The notes under the pieces are model-generated. The model did not search any database and had not been told where the DNA came from. It saw only the letters and a program-made list of their open reading frames with translations. A stretch of 64,000 nt of DNA from Pelomyxa schiedti (taxonomy: Eukaryota; Protista; Evosea), in NCBI GenBank assembly GCA_020536535.1, contig JAHLWZ010000615.1, positions 1 to 64,000 of the forward strand. The letters are read 5' to 3'. The position numbers and the translations under genes are program-made. Below are positions 1-13,600 of the stretch, in pieces. The number at the start of each line of letters is the position of its first letter. The stretch's first letter is position 1.

Positions 1-572
1 GTAAGAAGCTTGGCAATCTCAGCGCGACAATCCGGATCCATATGGCGTCGTATCATCTCTCGCTGTTGGGTTTTTTTTTTTAGATCTACACACTTACTAT
101 TTTAAATTTTGATGGGTGGTTCTGCCAGGCAGGGGAGTAACGTCAGAAAGGTCCAAACATAAAAAAGTAACTTTTGTCGAACTTTCTCTCATCCCTCCCC
201 TGGCCAGGGGTGGGCAAAAACAGCACTCACAGGCGGAATTTCGGCACTGCCAAATGAGTAACGTCACTCAGTTCCAAGGCGGAGCAGATACCCGGATGGT
301 GTAGCCACCCTGTGTACTGGGTTAGAGGAAATACAATGCAGGTATGTATCAGTGGGTTACCGTTGAATGAAGTTGGAACCAATCATCTCCCACAGGTGAA
401 ACTGGACCCCAAGCCCAGACATGTGCAGCTTTTTTTTGAGGACCCTCTGTTTATGCAATGAGTGAGCGTAATTAGGCAAGAAGAATAAAGCTGGGTACTA
501 ACCTCCTCCAGCATTTCATGAAACCTTGTGTGGGATAGGGCATCACACAGTTCTTGGCGTCCGTTTTGTATC
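1..572. repeat. Diverged duplicate of 46034-46603 (3' end of STK19, intergenic DNA and start of the neighbouring coiled-coil gene)
   Basis: Base-by-base match to 46034-46603 with about 8 substitutions and small indels; ends at the N gap. Confidence 0.95.
264..572 (-). CDS. STK19: STK19 C-terminal exons (second copy or allele, partial)
   Basis: Reads IQNGRQELCDALSHTRFHEMLEE...LGVQFHLWEMIGS...VATPSGYLLRLGTE*, the same protein as the copy ending at 46298. Confidence 0.8.
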
Positions 573-672
573 NNNNNNNNNNNNNNNNNNNNNNNNNNNN
601 NNNNNNNNNNNNNNNNNNNNNNNNNNNNNNNNNNNNNNNNNNNNNNNNNNNNNNNNNNNNNNNNNNNNNNNN
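573..672. other. Scaffold gap (100 N)
   Basis: Run of N. Confidence 1.
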
Positions 673-749
673 TCACAATACATTTGTATGGTCTCGGTGA
701 CTTTGTCCTGCAGGGGTACTGTTTTAATCTTGAAGGGTAAGGGGGGACA
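673..749. repeat. 77-bp copy of an IFT172 intron/exon fragment (7481-7557)
   Basis: tcacaatacatttg...ggggggaca matches 7481-7557 except for one substitution (ctttgtcc vs cttggtcc). Confidence 0.9.
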
Positions 750-758
750 GCAGCGGAG

Positions 759-3418
759 ATGGGGGGCAGAGCGTGGGGGCACAAAAGAGCCATGACGGTA
801 GGGAGAGTGACTGTTCATAATGAAAATTCTCAAGTGTTCTTGGGTGGTTCTTGTGGTGGTGGTGGTGGTGGTTATCGGTCGCAGTTGGTTGTAATGTGTT
901 ACTCTAAAAACCAATCAAAACAATAGATATCTACACTGATATTGTTGATGACCTGGTGCAGGAAGTGGATGACATTCTTGGTTTTTTTTTTCCCCCAAAA
1001 AATAACCTTACCAAACTTGGCCAGGGGACCAGCAACCTCCGAGTCCTAAGCTTCCTTCACCTGTGTCCACATTGAAAAATCCATCATTAGGGTCAGCTCC
1101 CCCAGTGGTTCCAAAATCCGCTTCTCCCACTGCCGTCCCACAAGTCTCTCCCATGTCACCAAAACATCCTGATCCTGTCTCCACTTCACAGCCACAAGAA
1201 ATTCCCTCCTCCCCAAAACCTGAGCCTGCCCCGATTGTAGTACCCACTGCCTCCCAGCTTGCTTCAGCAGCCAAACCCCCAACCATTGTTTCGAAGCCTT
1301 CTCTTGGAAACCTTCCACCTATTAACGCCAGTGTGTCATTCTCCCCCTCCCGTTGAAGAAATATTCGAATAATCTGAGAGATTAGGGAGACAAGGCTTGC
1401 CCCTGAATTTCACGCCTAGTACATCAGCAATCAGGTTTGTCGTTCTTAAATAATGCCACACTGAGTAGTTGTGCAGTGCTACTCGTATTACTTCAGCTAC
1501 AAATGAGGAGCACCACATACAGTCAGAGGGTACCTGTCATAACCCACTTATTCTTTCAGCTTAGTGTGATAAAGAAATCGAAGAACAGCTATCTCCAAAA
1601 AGCAATGATTCGTTCCAAGACAGTACTGCACCCAAACCCATGACCAGTGAAACTTCACCTCGAAGTGGAGGATCCCAAAATAACAACAGCAGTGGAAGTC
1701 AACATAGTTTACGATCAAAGGATAGCGATAAACAGGTTCCACCTCAGAATAGTGATAAACAGGTTTCACCTTTTCCAATAATTTTGAAGTTAATCAGCTG
1801 GCTGGTAGGAAGCAGAACATTCTTCACCAGAAAGCAAAGAGTCACATAGCAATGGGGCTGATGGACTACGAGTTTCGGGGCTAGGGAGTGGTGGGGGAAG
1901 TAAGACTCATTCAAAAACCTTCAAAGCACTAAGCAGTAGTGGACGATCAGCATCACAAGAGCACTACACCATACCTGTTACTGCGCAGATCCCAGCAAAC
2001 GTTATTCGCGGGAGTGAAAAGCCTACAAAAGTAGAAGCAAAGCAGGCCACAAATACTGTTTCAACCGAGAAACCAAAGCCTGAGCGTGCAAAGCAGGAAA
2101 ACATCACAGAAAAAATGGAAAACACGGCAAAAACAAGAAGCAGTTCTAAAATTGTCACCCGAGAGGAGGAGCACACTAGTGAGAATGAAATGAACCTGCA
2201 GGGTCCAACAGATTTTTCTGAGAGTAATCAGTTCTTGAGTTCCACCAACAATGAAGGTGACAGTGATGAAAACCCGAGACCATCAGTTTCCTCTAAGCAT
2301 CGCCCCAGGAAAGAATCTCCACATGCACATAAAATGAAGCCCAGTAGCAGCACAAGGAGTTCAAAAATTACTCCTCACGAATCGCGTAAATCAAACTCAC
2401 CGCCTGACGATAGCACAAGCGGTCTTACACTTAGTGATCGGCACCAAAAACCAAAACCAAGAAACAGACCTTGCTCCAGCAGTGACAGCATGTCTCAACA
2501 CTCTCATCACCAGATGAAGCACAACACACACCCACGTCCTACAACGCATGATGCTTCAACACAAACTCCACCCCTCACTTTTATCCCTCTTATGTTGGAC
2601 GACACTGGAGAAGGTCAACCGAACAATATGAGTTTCCCTTCAAAAACAATGGCCACGCCGGTAATGCCATCTCAATATTTAAAAGAAATAGGGCAAATCC
2701 CATTTCGTCCCACTATGACACCGGAGTTTCTTTCTACTGGAGCAGCACACAATTGCCCATTATGTGTTAGTAGCAACTATGTTTCATATCATTCACTAAA
2801 TCAAATAGTCTAGATTTACTACTTTTTCTGAAGTATCCAGTACAGCCCACATACCCAGTGCAACACACGTCCCAAGTGCCCCTCACCAACCGCTATATTC
2901 CTTTCCCTCCTCCAACCTAGCATCAACAAGAATGTCACTGTCACCCACACACTCTACTATAACCACCCCCACCTCTCTCCTGAAATCCTCCTTGCACCCG
3001 TACACAACCGCGACAACATCACCCTCTCAGTTTCTCCCCAATGAACTCTCATACCACAGAACAAAGTACCGGTTTTTCCTCTTTTAACTTGGCTAACAAC
3101 AGTACAGAAACTATCCCATCAGCTTAAATGCCGATCCTATTCGGGGACCTTACAGTTCCACTGACCCCTATAGGTTTTTTCCCACTTGTTTTCCATCCCC
3201 CCTTATGTTGAATTAAGGGTGCCTTTTCATATGTCACCCTACACCAGCCCAATGAAATTCTCTCCTGTAAGAATTCCATTCCCCAATCCTAGATTAGATT
3301 AAAGCATTTTACTTAGGTCCGAACACCAAACCCCATTCCCCCCTACACAGCATCACAGTATCAAAGCACGCTGATGCGGACTCCAACCCGCACCACAGCA
3401 CCTCCATATCATTTGTAA
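759..3418 (+). CDS. Hypothetical multi-exon S/P/T-rich low-complexity protein; start uncertain, possibly 5'-truncated
   Basis: Open exons (e.g. ~1010-1330, ~1810-2780) joined by GT-AG introns; last exon SQYQSTLMRTPTRTTAPPYHL*. Confidence 0.55.
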
Positions 3419-3485
3419 AGAGCTACTGTATTTAAAAAAGGCAGAGAGACATGAATTACACAAGAATTGTTGAAAGATTGTTTGT

Positions 3486-6400
3486 TTACATGTACATGGG
3501 TTTTTCTGGGTGTCCACACCATGGACACTTCTTCATTTTTACAACAAACTTGTTCCAGTCATCTTTACAAGCCTCTCGCTTGCACAAAGAACAAGCCACT
3601 TTAGCATTAGGTAGTACTGGGTAGCCTTGTGTCGGGTTAGAAGGAAGTATTTGGTTTTGTGAACTTGGATACCTGTGACAATGCAAACAGGGAAGCAGGT
3701 GTTGCAACTAAAACAGACCAGGGAAGGCTCGAATACACTCGCCTTACATGAGGTGCAATCTCTTGTTGGTAGATTTCCGGGGCTCACATCTGTCCCGTCA
3801 CTGCCTGCTATCCTCTCCATGAGCCAATTGCGGAGCTCCTCTCGTAAGTTTGTCTTGGAGTTGTGAGAACGGGGAAAGGTGGTTAAGGAAAATACAGGTA
3901 TCGAGTGTTGCTGTGGAACGGGGAGCTGTGTAGGGACATCAGTTCCTGCAAACTGTTCCACTTCAATTGTTTCTTTTTTTTTTTTTTTTTGGCTTGTAAT
4001 TTTTTCTGGGTAATAAGGGAGGTACCATCTTTGTTGTCAATGGCCTCGGCTACATCGAGGTAGATATTAAAAAGGTAAATAGTGAGAGGCAGTAAGCCCG
4101 CCGTCTGTGAAAAGGTGAGCAGAGGCCAAAAATAAGGGGACTTACTTTGCATGCAGAACCTGCAAAGTAAAATGCCTTATCAGCAGGAATAAACCCAATA
4201 TAGCGGAGTAACGCAAGGGCTATTTTAGCAGATATTGCTGTCAAGTTTGCCTTCGTGGATAAGTTACAGCCGGACAAGTACGTTACACACAGCTTTACAA
4301 TCATGATAGAGGTTTAAAAAGTGAGCAATGAGAGAACATCGTTCTAAGTCGTCCAAATCATTTTCTTCAAACTGAAGCCTGGAAGAACTGAGGTCCGACA
4401 CCTTGGAGTAATAAGTAAAGGTTTTTCGGCCACTTTTTTTTTTTTACCAATTGAGTGAGTACTTCCTTAAGGAGTGTAACCTCGTTTAGTTTTTCCTCAG
4501 TCCACTCAGAGTAAAATACCCGTTCTGCAAGCAACTGGGGGTTTCCTCATTAAAAAAAAGTATGTGTAGGGACGTACCTTGAAAATATTGATATGGGCAG
4601 GGAAAGGAGTAACAGGATTATCAACAAACAGTTGGCACGCTTCACAGACCCTTGACTGGGAAAGTAAAAATTGTGCATACTCGGAGGAATACTGAGCAAG
4701 TAGCTCTGGGCTCTGATTGGGGTTTAAAAGGAAAAAGGCCCGAATTACTACTCTTTGACCTCTCTTTTGGCGAGCTCTATGCAAGCCTGCCAGTCCTGTG
4801 CCTCTGCATAAGCCTGGAGCTGAGCGGATACTATTGCTGCAGATTCACTGGGCATTTTAGTGTCTGCAAGTTCTTTTGCTTCTTTCCACATGGAAGCCTG
4901 ACTTTTTGTTGGGAAAATCAAAAACCATGAGAATGTACCTGTGCATAAGTCATAATTGCTTGCTTTACATTCCCCAGTTCAAGATACAAAGCGGCAAGGG
5001 CGTCATATCTGCTTTGCTCCTGCAATTGTTGTGCTATGCTGTCTACAATGTCATCGAGCTGCGTTGGGTTCTGCTGTTGTACCTGAGCAAGTTGAGTTAC
5101 AATATAAGGTTTTGCTACGATACTAATTTGGCGGCTTTGATGAAGTAAGAGGGATCTTTCCTCCCGGTTTGAAGCATGGATTCTATGGAAGAGGAAAACC
5201 TTCATTTCATTTTGTTAAAAAAAAAAAAAAAAAAACACATGTTTACTTTGATCCGGGTACTTTCCCACCAGAACCTGCAGGAGCAAAAGACTGCAAGAAG
5301 TTAACTCCCTTTCAAATAGGACGCATCAAACCGGATACTCAGACACCAGTCTTGACACATCCCCATTCATTCCAGCATTTTTATACATTTCAATAGCTAT
5401 ATCAGGCTTATTTGCTTTTAAGTATGCATGCTCTGCTCTCAAGAAATCCTTCTGGTTTTCAGCACACCTGTAGAAATTAGTGTAGCACTATTTTGGCGTT
5501 CACTTACGATCCCTTTGCAAGAAATATGTCTTGGTGTGCTTCTGGACAGTACTGGTCAGCCACTCTGGCAGCATTGTCCCAATCCTGTATATCATTGTAC
5601 ATTACAACTGCTGATCTTGGGTCTCCAGCTTTTAGGTATTCTTCTTCAGCCTAGAGCAACGTAAGTGGAAACTCCCGTGTGGTGACTTACCTCAGCATAG
5701 TGCTTGTCTTGCTCGAGTTTTTCAGCATACCTCAAATACACTTCTTGCAGCAAGCTATAGCGGAAATAAGTACACAATATTTGAATGGCTTGCCAACTTT
5801 TTGTTATTGTGTCCTTCAGCAATTTTTACAGCAAGATGATACATATCCTCATCCAGGGCTCGGTGAATAGCCTTCCAAAATTGAGTTGTAAAACTTAGGG
5901 TAAGTTCAGCATACATAATCTACTAGGTTATGGTTGAGCAACAGGTTAACGGCTGCCTCTCCCTTTAACACTTGCGCGTGGGCCCAACAGACATGGGCTG
6001 CAGCTTTGGGACCTGATGCCGAGTTGGCAACACGCATAGCATCAGCAAGTTGATTCATCTCCCGGTACCTGTATTCCTATTAGATGTGTAGAAGTCAGAG
6101 GTCTCAACATTTGTACAGCCAGCTTCCAATTGCCACCTGCAATATAATACTTCTCGGCAAGTTTCACGTTTCCTTCTTGGGTGCATTGGCTAGCCTGGGA
6201 GAAATGTCATTTTGAAAACATGTTAGTAATGTGGGATACCAGTTCTTTGTAGGTTTCAGTAAGATTTTCTTTGTGATAAAGTGTTACCAGTCTGATAACA
6301 TCATCATATCTGTGGGAGTTTTGATACATAGTGACGGCCTGAGAAGTTTCCTTAGCGAAAATTAAGAGACTCTCTGCCTCAGAAAATCTTCCTGAGTAAC

Positions 6401-9400
6401 ATTTACGGGTGTGCAAATGAAACATAAGAAATGACCTGCAGACTCCAAACGTTTAGCTTGAGTTTTATACAGCATTTTGGTTTCCTCAACACTTAAAAAT
6501 CTTTTTTCATATTAGCCGTGGAAGATAGTTTACAAAGACAACTTTGAGGAAATTTCTTCTGCTTTTTCCCATAGATTCATCTGAAGATACATATCAACAG
6601 CACCATGGTAGTCTTGTGCCTAAAAAAGTTAGAGCAGAACAGCTTGCCATTGGCACACTTTAGTAAAGCATTCCTCGGCAAGGTCAAAGGACTGAACCAA
6701 AACATAATGTTGAGCAATTTTGGAAAAATATGGCTTGGCCTGTTCTTTGTCTGACAAGCGTTCTGCAATTTCTTTTGCACGTGGCCACTAAGAGGTATTA
6801 GTGCCACTGGTAACAAACAGTTAAGTGCCTGGTTGGCTTCCATGGCACATTCCACTGCTTGTGTAAACATTCTGGCATCAATATAATGCGTAATGGCGTT
6901 CTCAAGTTGCCGCTGGCTGACCAGCCAATCTGCCCATTCCTACTACAGCTTAGATTGTTAACATGAATAGCACACCTTTTCCATTTGCATTGCTTTCTCA
7001 GGGAAAACTTTTCGGCATAACTCGAGAAGTGGTTGAAATGCATTGCCTGTAAGGTAAGCTTGAAGAGCCAGATCATTCATGTTTAGAACTCGGTACAAAT
7101 CGCCGGCCTATGTAACGTTGCTGTGTGATAAAGGAAGTTCATACAGACCCTCTCATACAAGCCACTTTTCATTAAAGCTTCTGCAATGCTCTTGACCACT
7201 GCGGTATCACTAAACATCTTGTTATCAATAACTATTCGTGCAGCACGTGCTGGTAGCCCTCCTTGAAGATATAGTGTGACGGCAGTTTCAAGGTCGCCCT
7301 CCTTCTCCTTTAGCATTGCTATCTTTCGAATCAGGGTGTGGAGTGGTACATAAAATAGAACCTGCTTTTTCTTCCTGGGAGCTTTCAGTGAGCCATCTGT
7401 AGTAATAATCACGGAGTTCAGTAGCATCAGGGGTATTCCGCAAGTCGGCAACGTAAATTGCTTCCTCATATCTCTGTAAGTCACAATACATTTGTATGGT
7501 CTCGGTGACTTGGTCCTGCAGGGGTACTGTTTTAATCTTGAAGGGTAAGGGGGGACAATACGTGATCGAGAAGAGTCTTTTCAGCTGCTTTAAACTGTTT
7601 CTCCAGAATACTGAGCTCCACATTGGTAATGTACTGAGGCTCCCCTTTATTTAGCCTTCTATTTAGAGTCCGTAAATAATGGGCCCTGGAGACATTATTT
7701 AGAGCGGCATAGCATCTAATATCGGACTAAGCAGTATAACTATGAGCCCAACTAATAACCTTTCTGCCAAACGAGTGTGTCTTTCTTGAAGGGTCAATGA
7801 TGCAAGATTAGACCACATAGCCTCGAGTTCAGGTGACATTGTTAAGCCTTCTTTCTCTTGCATTGTCTCTAGCAACTCAACAGCCCTTATTTTTTTTTTT
7901 TTTTAATTGCAACGGTATTCATGAGGTGTGAAGTTTGTACAAATCATATTGCTTGGCCTCAATAGCGATTCCAAATTTGATTAACTCTTCATTCAAGAGA
8001 AGTGAAGTCTGACAATTTCCTGTAATCTTTTTAACTGGTTGTCTGGCGTTGTACAAATACCTTCATCTATGAGAACTTCTGTTCTGTTATCATCCCTCAG
8101 TACATCGAGTACATCGCCGTTTATGGGAATCATTGTGACATGCTCAGGGTTTTCTGTGGAATACCTGGAAGTACTTAGATTTCATCCAGAAATGAGTAAA
8201 GACCATATACACAGGGTTCTTCTGTTTTGAGCCACAACAACGTCAGAGTCTGGGACCCATCTCACGAAACTAGTGGGAACCATGATAAATGAATGTGGGG
8301 TAGGAGAGAGGGATCAACGTGCAGTAGTTCAGGAGAGATGATCTAGTCTGGCTTTGAATGTCAAAAATGTGGAGACGATGTGTCCTGTCCCGAAAGAGTA
8401 ATTTCTTTGCACTGGAATCCAGCTGTAAATAATTAAGTGGCAGACAAAGTGAGGACGGCTAACTTCAAGCCAATCAATTGCTGAGTCAAGAGTTATACTA
8501 GCAACTGATCTTAATCCTAAATCATCAATCCGGATTGTGTGCAGATCCAGTAAATAGGCTATCTGCGGAAATGAGAGATTGGCATTGTTACTATGCAAGT
8601 GACCTTTTTTACAACTTCTTTTTCTTGTTTCCCATCAATTACAATGGTACGTTCTAGCAGACGCATGCTAATAAGATGTCGATGCACGAATTCGGTGCGA
8701 ATTGCACCAAGTGGTTGCTTTGGGGCTCCATATCTTTGTTATGTGGGCCCAGTTAAAACATAGGTCACACTGCGACGTGACGTACTCTACAATTGAAAGC
8801 TCTCCAGCATTCAATATCATGCATACTTTTGGATTATCAAACAAAAATTTGTCACTGCCAGAAGAATTCCAATAAATCTGTGTTAATGCCGTTAAAAGCC
8901 ATGTCCTAATTCCGGGATAGAATAACCTCAGAAACTAAGTTTGTATTTATATCAGCACAGAGCAAGGACTCCGCGGTATAGGCAGTGACAAATCTATCTC
9001 GATGCACATTTATCTTACTGATCTCGAGAGTGGGTTTTGTTCTAAGAGTGCACTGCTTACCTGTGAATAAAAGTAGTTAAGCAAATTAAATTAAAGTGCA
9101 GAAAAATCATCGTTTTACAAAACCTGAAGAAATGGTCTTGACAGTCACTTGGGAAGGGCTGATAAAGACCACTTGGAACTTGCCCTTAAGTACATATTGT
9201 TTGATGCTGGCATTGTAAATCTACTCTACGCTAAGTTCACCAAGAGACTAAATTAATGTACCTCCACAGCACCACACAAAGAACCAACAACAAGCTTGGA
9301 TCCATCTTTCTTAAAGCCAAGGGTGGTGATAGTATAAAGATTATTGACATCAACAATGAAAGAAATATCCCACTGTCTGTGGCTCAGATTGAGTGTAAAC

Positions 9401-10540
9401 ACTCTCATCCTGGGAAAACTAAGAGTCTTCTAGTAGTAATATAACTACCGTGAGAAAGTTGCAAATACAATACAGTGGCCACTTGGGCTCGAAACAGCAG
9501 CAGTGTAGTCTTTCTCTGAGCTATCACTTGTGTAATCAAAAGCTTGCAAAACTTGGCTATAATCATTGAAAAAAATGATCCGCTGATCACTTCCTCCAAC
9601 AGCGATGTTTTCACCATAGGCAATTGCTGTGGGTGGGGAGGTATGTTTCCATGTATTTTCCTTGTTTTTCACGTAGTTGGTTGATTACCACAAAGGAATG
9701 TGTCTACCTTTTGAAGGGACCCACCAAGTGAAGCCAATAAAATGAGAGTGCAATCAGCTAAGCCCACGATTACTTTGCTTCTATTTGGAGATGTTGCCAT
9801 TGCACAAACGTAGGACTCTCCTGAGATAACAACTTCAGGTCTATTATTTCTGCAGTGCCCAATTCTAACCTTGGGGACAAAAAATAAATTAGGGTTCTGG
9901 TGTGTTCCTGTTATTGCTACCTTCCCATCAGCAGAAGCAAATAACAAATCATCTTGTCTTGAACCCCATGCAAGTACAGTAACCGGCCCTCCTGTAAAGA
10001 ACTTGTTGCATATAGTTTTTTTATCACCAAACTAGTTATGGTGAGAGGGATTCACCGAGTAGGAGACAGTGGAGGGAACAAGGGCAAAGCAAAACCTTGT
10101 AAACATAGACTATATTGTCACTTTGTCCTACAGCCAACCTACTTCCATCAGGTGAAAAGATAAGAGCCTTAACTCCAAATGTGCGTGACTGAATTTTAAG
10201 CATTAATGGTTCATTTTCAACCCATAAGTCAAAGAAGGGAAAACTAAACTGATTCAGGGTCAGCAGGTCTCACGCGAAATGCGTCGAGACGCTTGAAGTT
10301 TTCATCAAAAATTGCAACAAGGTGATCAGAGTATGCCACAGCCAATTTGTGGTCTTCACTCCACGTCACTGCACATATCTATCCAAAGATTAAGTTTCGT
10401 GCGAATGGATGCCCGGCTCACGTGTCAGCACAAACACAAAAAAAAAAAACTAGTTGTTGAGTGCGGCTAGGAATAACCACACGTACTCGATTGATGCTGT
10501 CAGATGCTGGACTTAGTGTTGTTGCATATTGCAAGTTCAT
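3486..10540 (-). CDS. IFT172: Intraflagellar transport protein 172 (WD40 + TPR + C-terminal Cys-rich domain), many short introns
   Basis: N-term MNLQYATTLSP...; motifs GDKKTICNKF, IAYLLDLHTIRIDDL, YLQGGLPARAA, ALALLRYIGFIPADKAFYFAG, C-term CIVTG...CPWCG. Confidence 0.95.
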
Positions 10541-10665
10541 TTTCCGTTGCTGCTCACCCCAAATGAAATCACTGCAATTTTTTTCTCCTTTAAGGGCGGG
10601 AAAACGAAACAGCTCAACAACGGAACAGGAAAATGATGAAAAGGGGGACGGCAGCGGCGACAGAG

Positions 10666-13600
10666 ATGAAGCGCCGCGGTGGTGGCAGTCATGATGACGA
10701 AGAAGACACGTTGTTGCCAGGGGAATTTGACATGAGTGTTCAGGCTGACAGGAGCAATGTATCTAAACAACCATCAATGGCCCACCTTCAATCCTTTTTG
10801 TTCCGTGGTGCTGTTATTCTATCATTGGGACTCAATAATTAATGACCCTGCAGAGAGCAAAGTGCTGGGTACTTCTACTAATTATGACTTTTGACACTCT
10901 TATTTTGTTATCAACTGGTGTAGAGAACTGTGAAGCGCTGGTGGCTCAAACTCAGCTTGTTCACCACCACTGACTACTGGTTGCAGCGACCGTTTGCCCG
11001 TAAAATAGCTTCTAGATTTGAGCCAAAGTACCTTGTGTGCCCAGTGCATTTATAACTCCGCCTCTTTCAGCATGAAATTAACACAACTAAAAAGCCACGC
11101 ACCTTGCCAATACCGACACCCATGGTAGAGCAGAAGAAATACCCTCCAAATATTGTACGAAATCAGCGATACACTGTAGTGTTATTCTTTATTTTTTCTT
11201 TTTCTGATTCAGTCTTGAAGCTATTGACATTTTTACCTCTTACTCTTTTTGGACAATTCAAATACTTTTATAACATGTACTTCTTGGGAATTGCTCTCAC
11301 TCAGTTTGTACCAATACTTAAAGTTGGTATGGGGAAGTGCCCTTCATACCACTGAACTCAAGCCCTTCAAGGTTACTTGTTTACATACTGGCTTCCTCTT
11401 ATTTTTGTGTTGGCACTAGCCATTGCTAAAGATGCCTTTGATGATATAAAACGCTGGAAGCAAGATAAAGTGAGAGACCTTGTTTTGTTTTTTCCTAACA
11501 TCTCCCAGCGTGCCAATAGCCAACAGTTCCAGAGAGTAGGAGGCGACGGCCGTATTTTACATGTCTCATCTTCTGATATAAAATGTGGTGACTTCATTTT
11601 AGTTGAGACAAATCAACGTGTATGTTTGTCACGTTCTGTACAAGCCCAATGTTCTTTATACCAGGTTCCTGCAGATATGGTTTTTTTGTGGAGCTCTGAA
11701 AAAAGTGGAACTGCTTTTATCAGAACAGACCAACTGGATGGTGAAACTGATTGGAAATTACGGTAACTTGTTTATTCAAATTCCCCTCTGAAGATATGTA
11801 GTCGCCCATTGACCCGCACACAAAAGTTGCCCAAGAACGATGTCTCGTCAATAGCAGCATCAATATATGGTTTCACATTTTAAATCATATTTCTAATAAC
11901 ATCTACCTGCAGTTGAAGAACCAAAAAAAGATATCTACTCATTTGTCGGAAAAGTCACCTATACCGATCCTTCCCATGCTCACGAAGAAGAACCAGTGAC
12001 CGTCGATAACGTCATGTGGGCTAACACTGTTCTTGCTACAGGCAACAAAACCTCCAAAATCCTCCAAACTCATTGCACTTCAACAAAAGGGCAAGTAATT
12101 GGACTCGTAATTTATACTGGACGAGAAACAAGAACAGCACTGAACAGAAATCAACCCCGTGCCAAAGCTGGGCAAACTGAGATGGATATTAACTTCCTTT
12201 CAAAAGTCCTCGTTTTTTTTTCTTTTTTTTAAATATGAAGTTCTGAATCAAGCAGGTTCTATTCGCTCTACTTGCTGGTTTATCTTTTCTCATGGTTGCA
12301 GTCACTGGCTTTTCAGGACTGTGGTTTGTAATGATTGTGCGATTCATGATTTTATTTTCTTCAATTATCCCAATAAGGTACGGGTAACATAAGTGAATTC
12401 AAATAACATTTCTACAGTATGAGAGTAAATCTCGATATGGCTAAACTGCTTTATGCGCTACTTATAATGTGGGACAAAAAAATTCCAGGTCCTTCAGTGT
12501 AACAATACCCCACTGAGTACTGACGGGATACCAGGCACCATTGTTAGAAACAGTACAATACCCGAGGAGCTTGGAAGAATAAACTTTTTACTGTCAGATA
12601 AGACGGGCACTTTGACTAAAAATGGTGCGTCTTGTATGTCAATCGAATGTTTACTTTCAAAGATATGATATTTATGAGACTTCATGCCGGCTCGATGGCG
12701 TACACAGCGAAGGACATGGATGACATTCAACAACGTATTCAAGAGTCACTGGATGGGTCTGTTCAAGTTGCAGAGCATACTGCTACTTCTGTTGTGAAGC
12801 GATCTCAAAGCAGCACCTACCAGTTACTTGAATGTATACGCGCAATTGCATTGTGTCACAATGTAACACCAGTACTTGATGAAGACACTGGCGTAACAAA
12901 CTACCAAGCTGCCTCTCCAGACGAAGTTGCACTAGGTACTCCTCAAAGATCTTGCCTTTTCTAACTCTATGCGCTCTATCCAGTCAAGTTCACTGAGCAA
13001 GCTGGAATAGCTCTAACATCTCGTGATTTAACAGAAATGGTGTTAACAACTCCAACCAAAGAGAAAGAGGTTAGAGCCGTAGAATCTAATTACCAAGTAG
13101 TGTTAACGGCATTCCTAGCGCTATGAAATACTTCAAACATTCCCCTTCTCGTCGGCAACAAAAAGAATGGGAATTATAGTGCGTGACCACAGGGGAGTAA
13201 TAACATTCCTCATGAAAGGTGCTGATGTAGTAATGGCCAAGATCATTAACAAAGAGAACAGTGAATGGTACCTCTCCCGCTCTTCTGTAAAGAAATTCAT
13301 GGTACAGGGTATTAGAGGAGACTGAAAACATGGCCAGAGACGGGTTAAGAACTCTCGTTTTTGGGCGAAAACACCTGCACCCAGAGGAATATGATGAATT
13401 CGCACACAGGTAAATATACCATTCTATCACAAAATACATATCCTGAATCAGATTGCATGAAGCCAAGTGCTCGATGGAAAGCCGTGATTCGAATGTGCAA
13501 AGGGTGATTGAGAGTCTGGAAATTAATCTGGATACCCTATGTGTCACAGGAGTCGAGGATAAACTGCAGGTATTATTTCTTTTGTCCTCTGCGAGATAAG

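Noticed and set aside
1721-1771. 27-nt tandem duplication (DSDKQVPPQ/NSDKQVSP)
   Set aside because: Ordinary small coding duplication in a low-complexity protein
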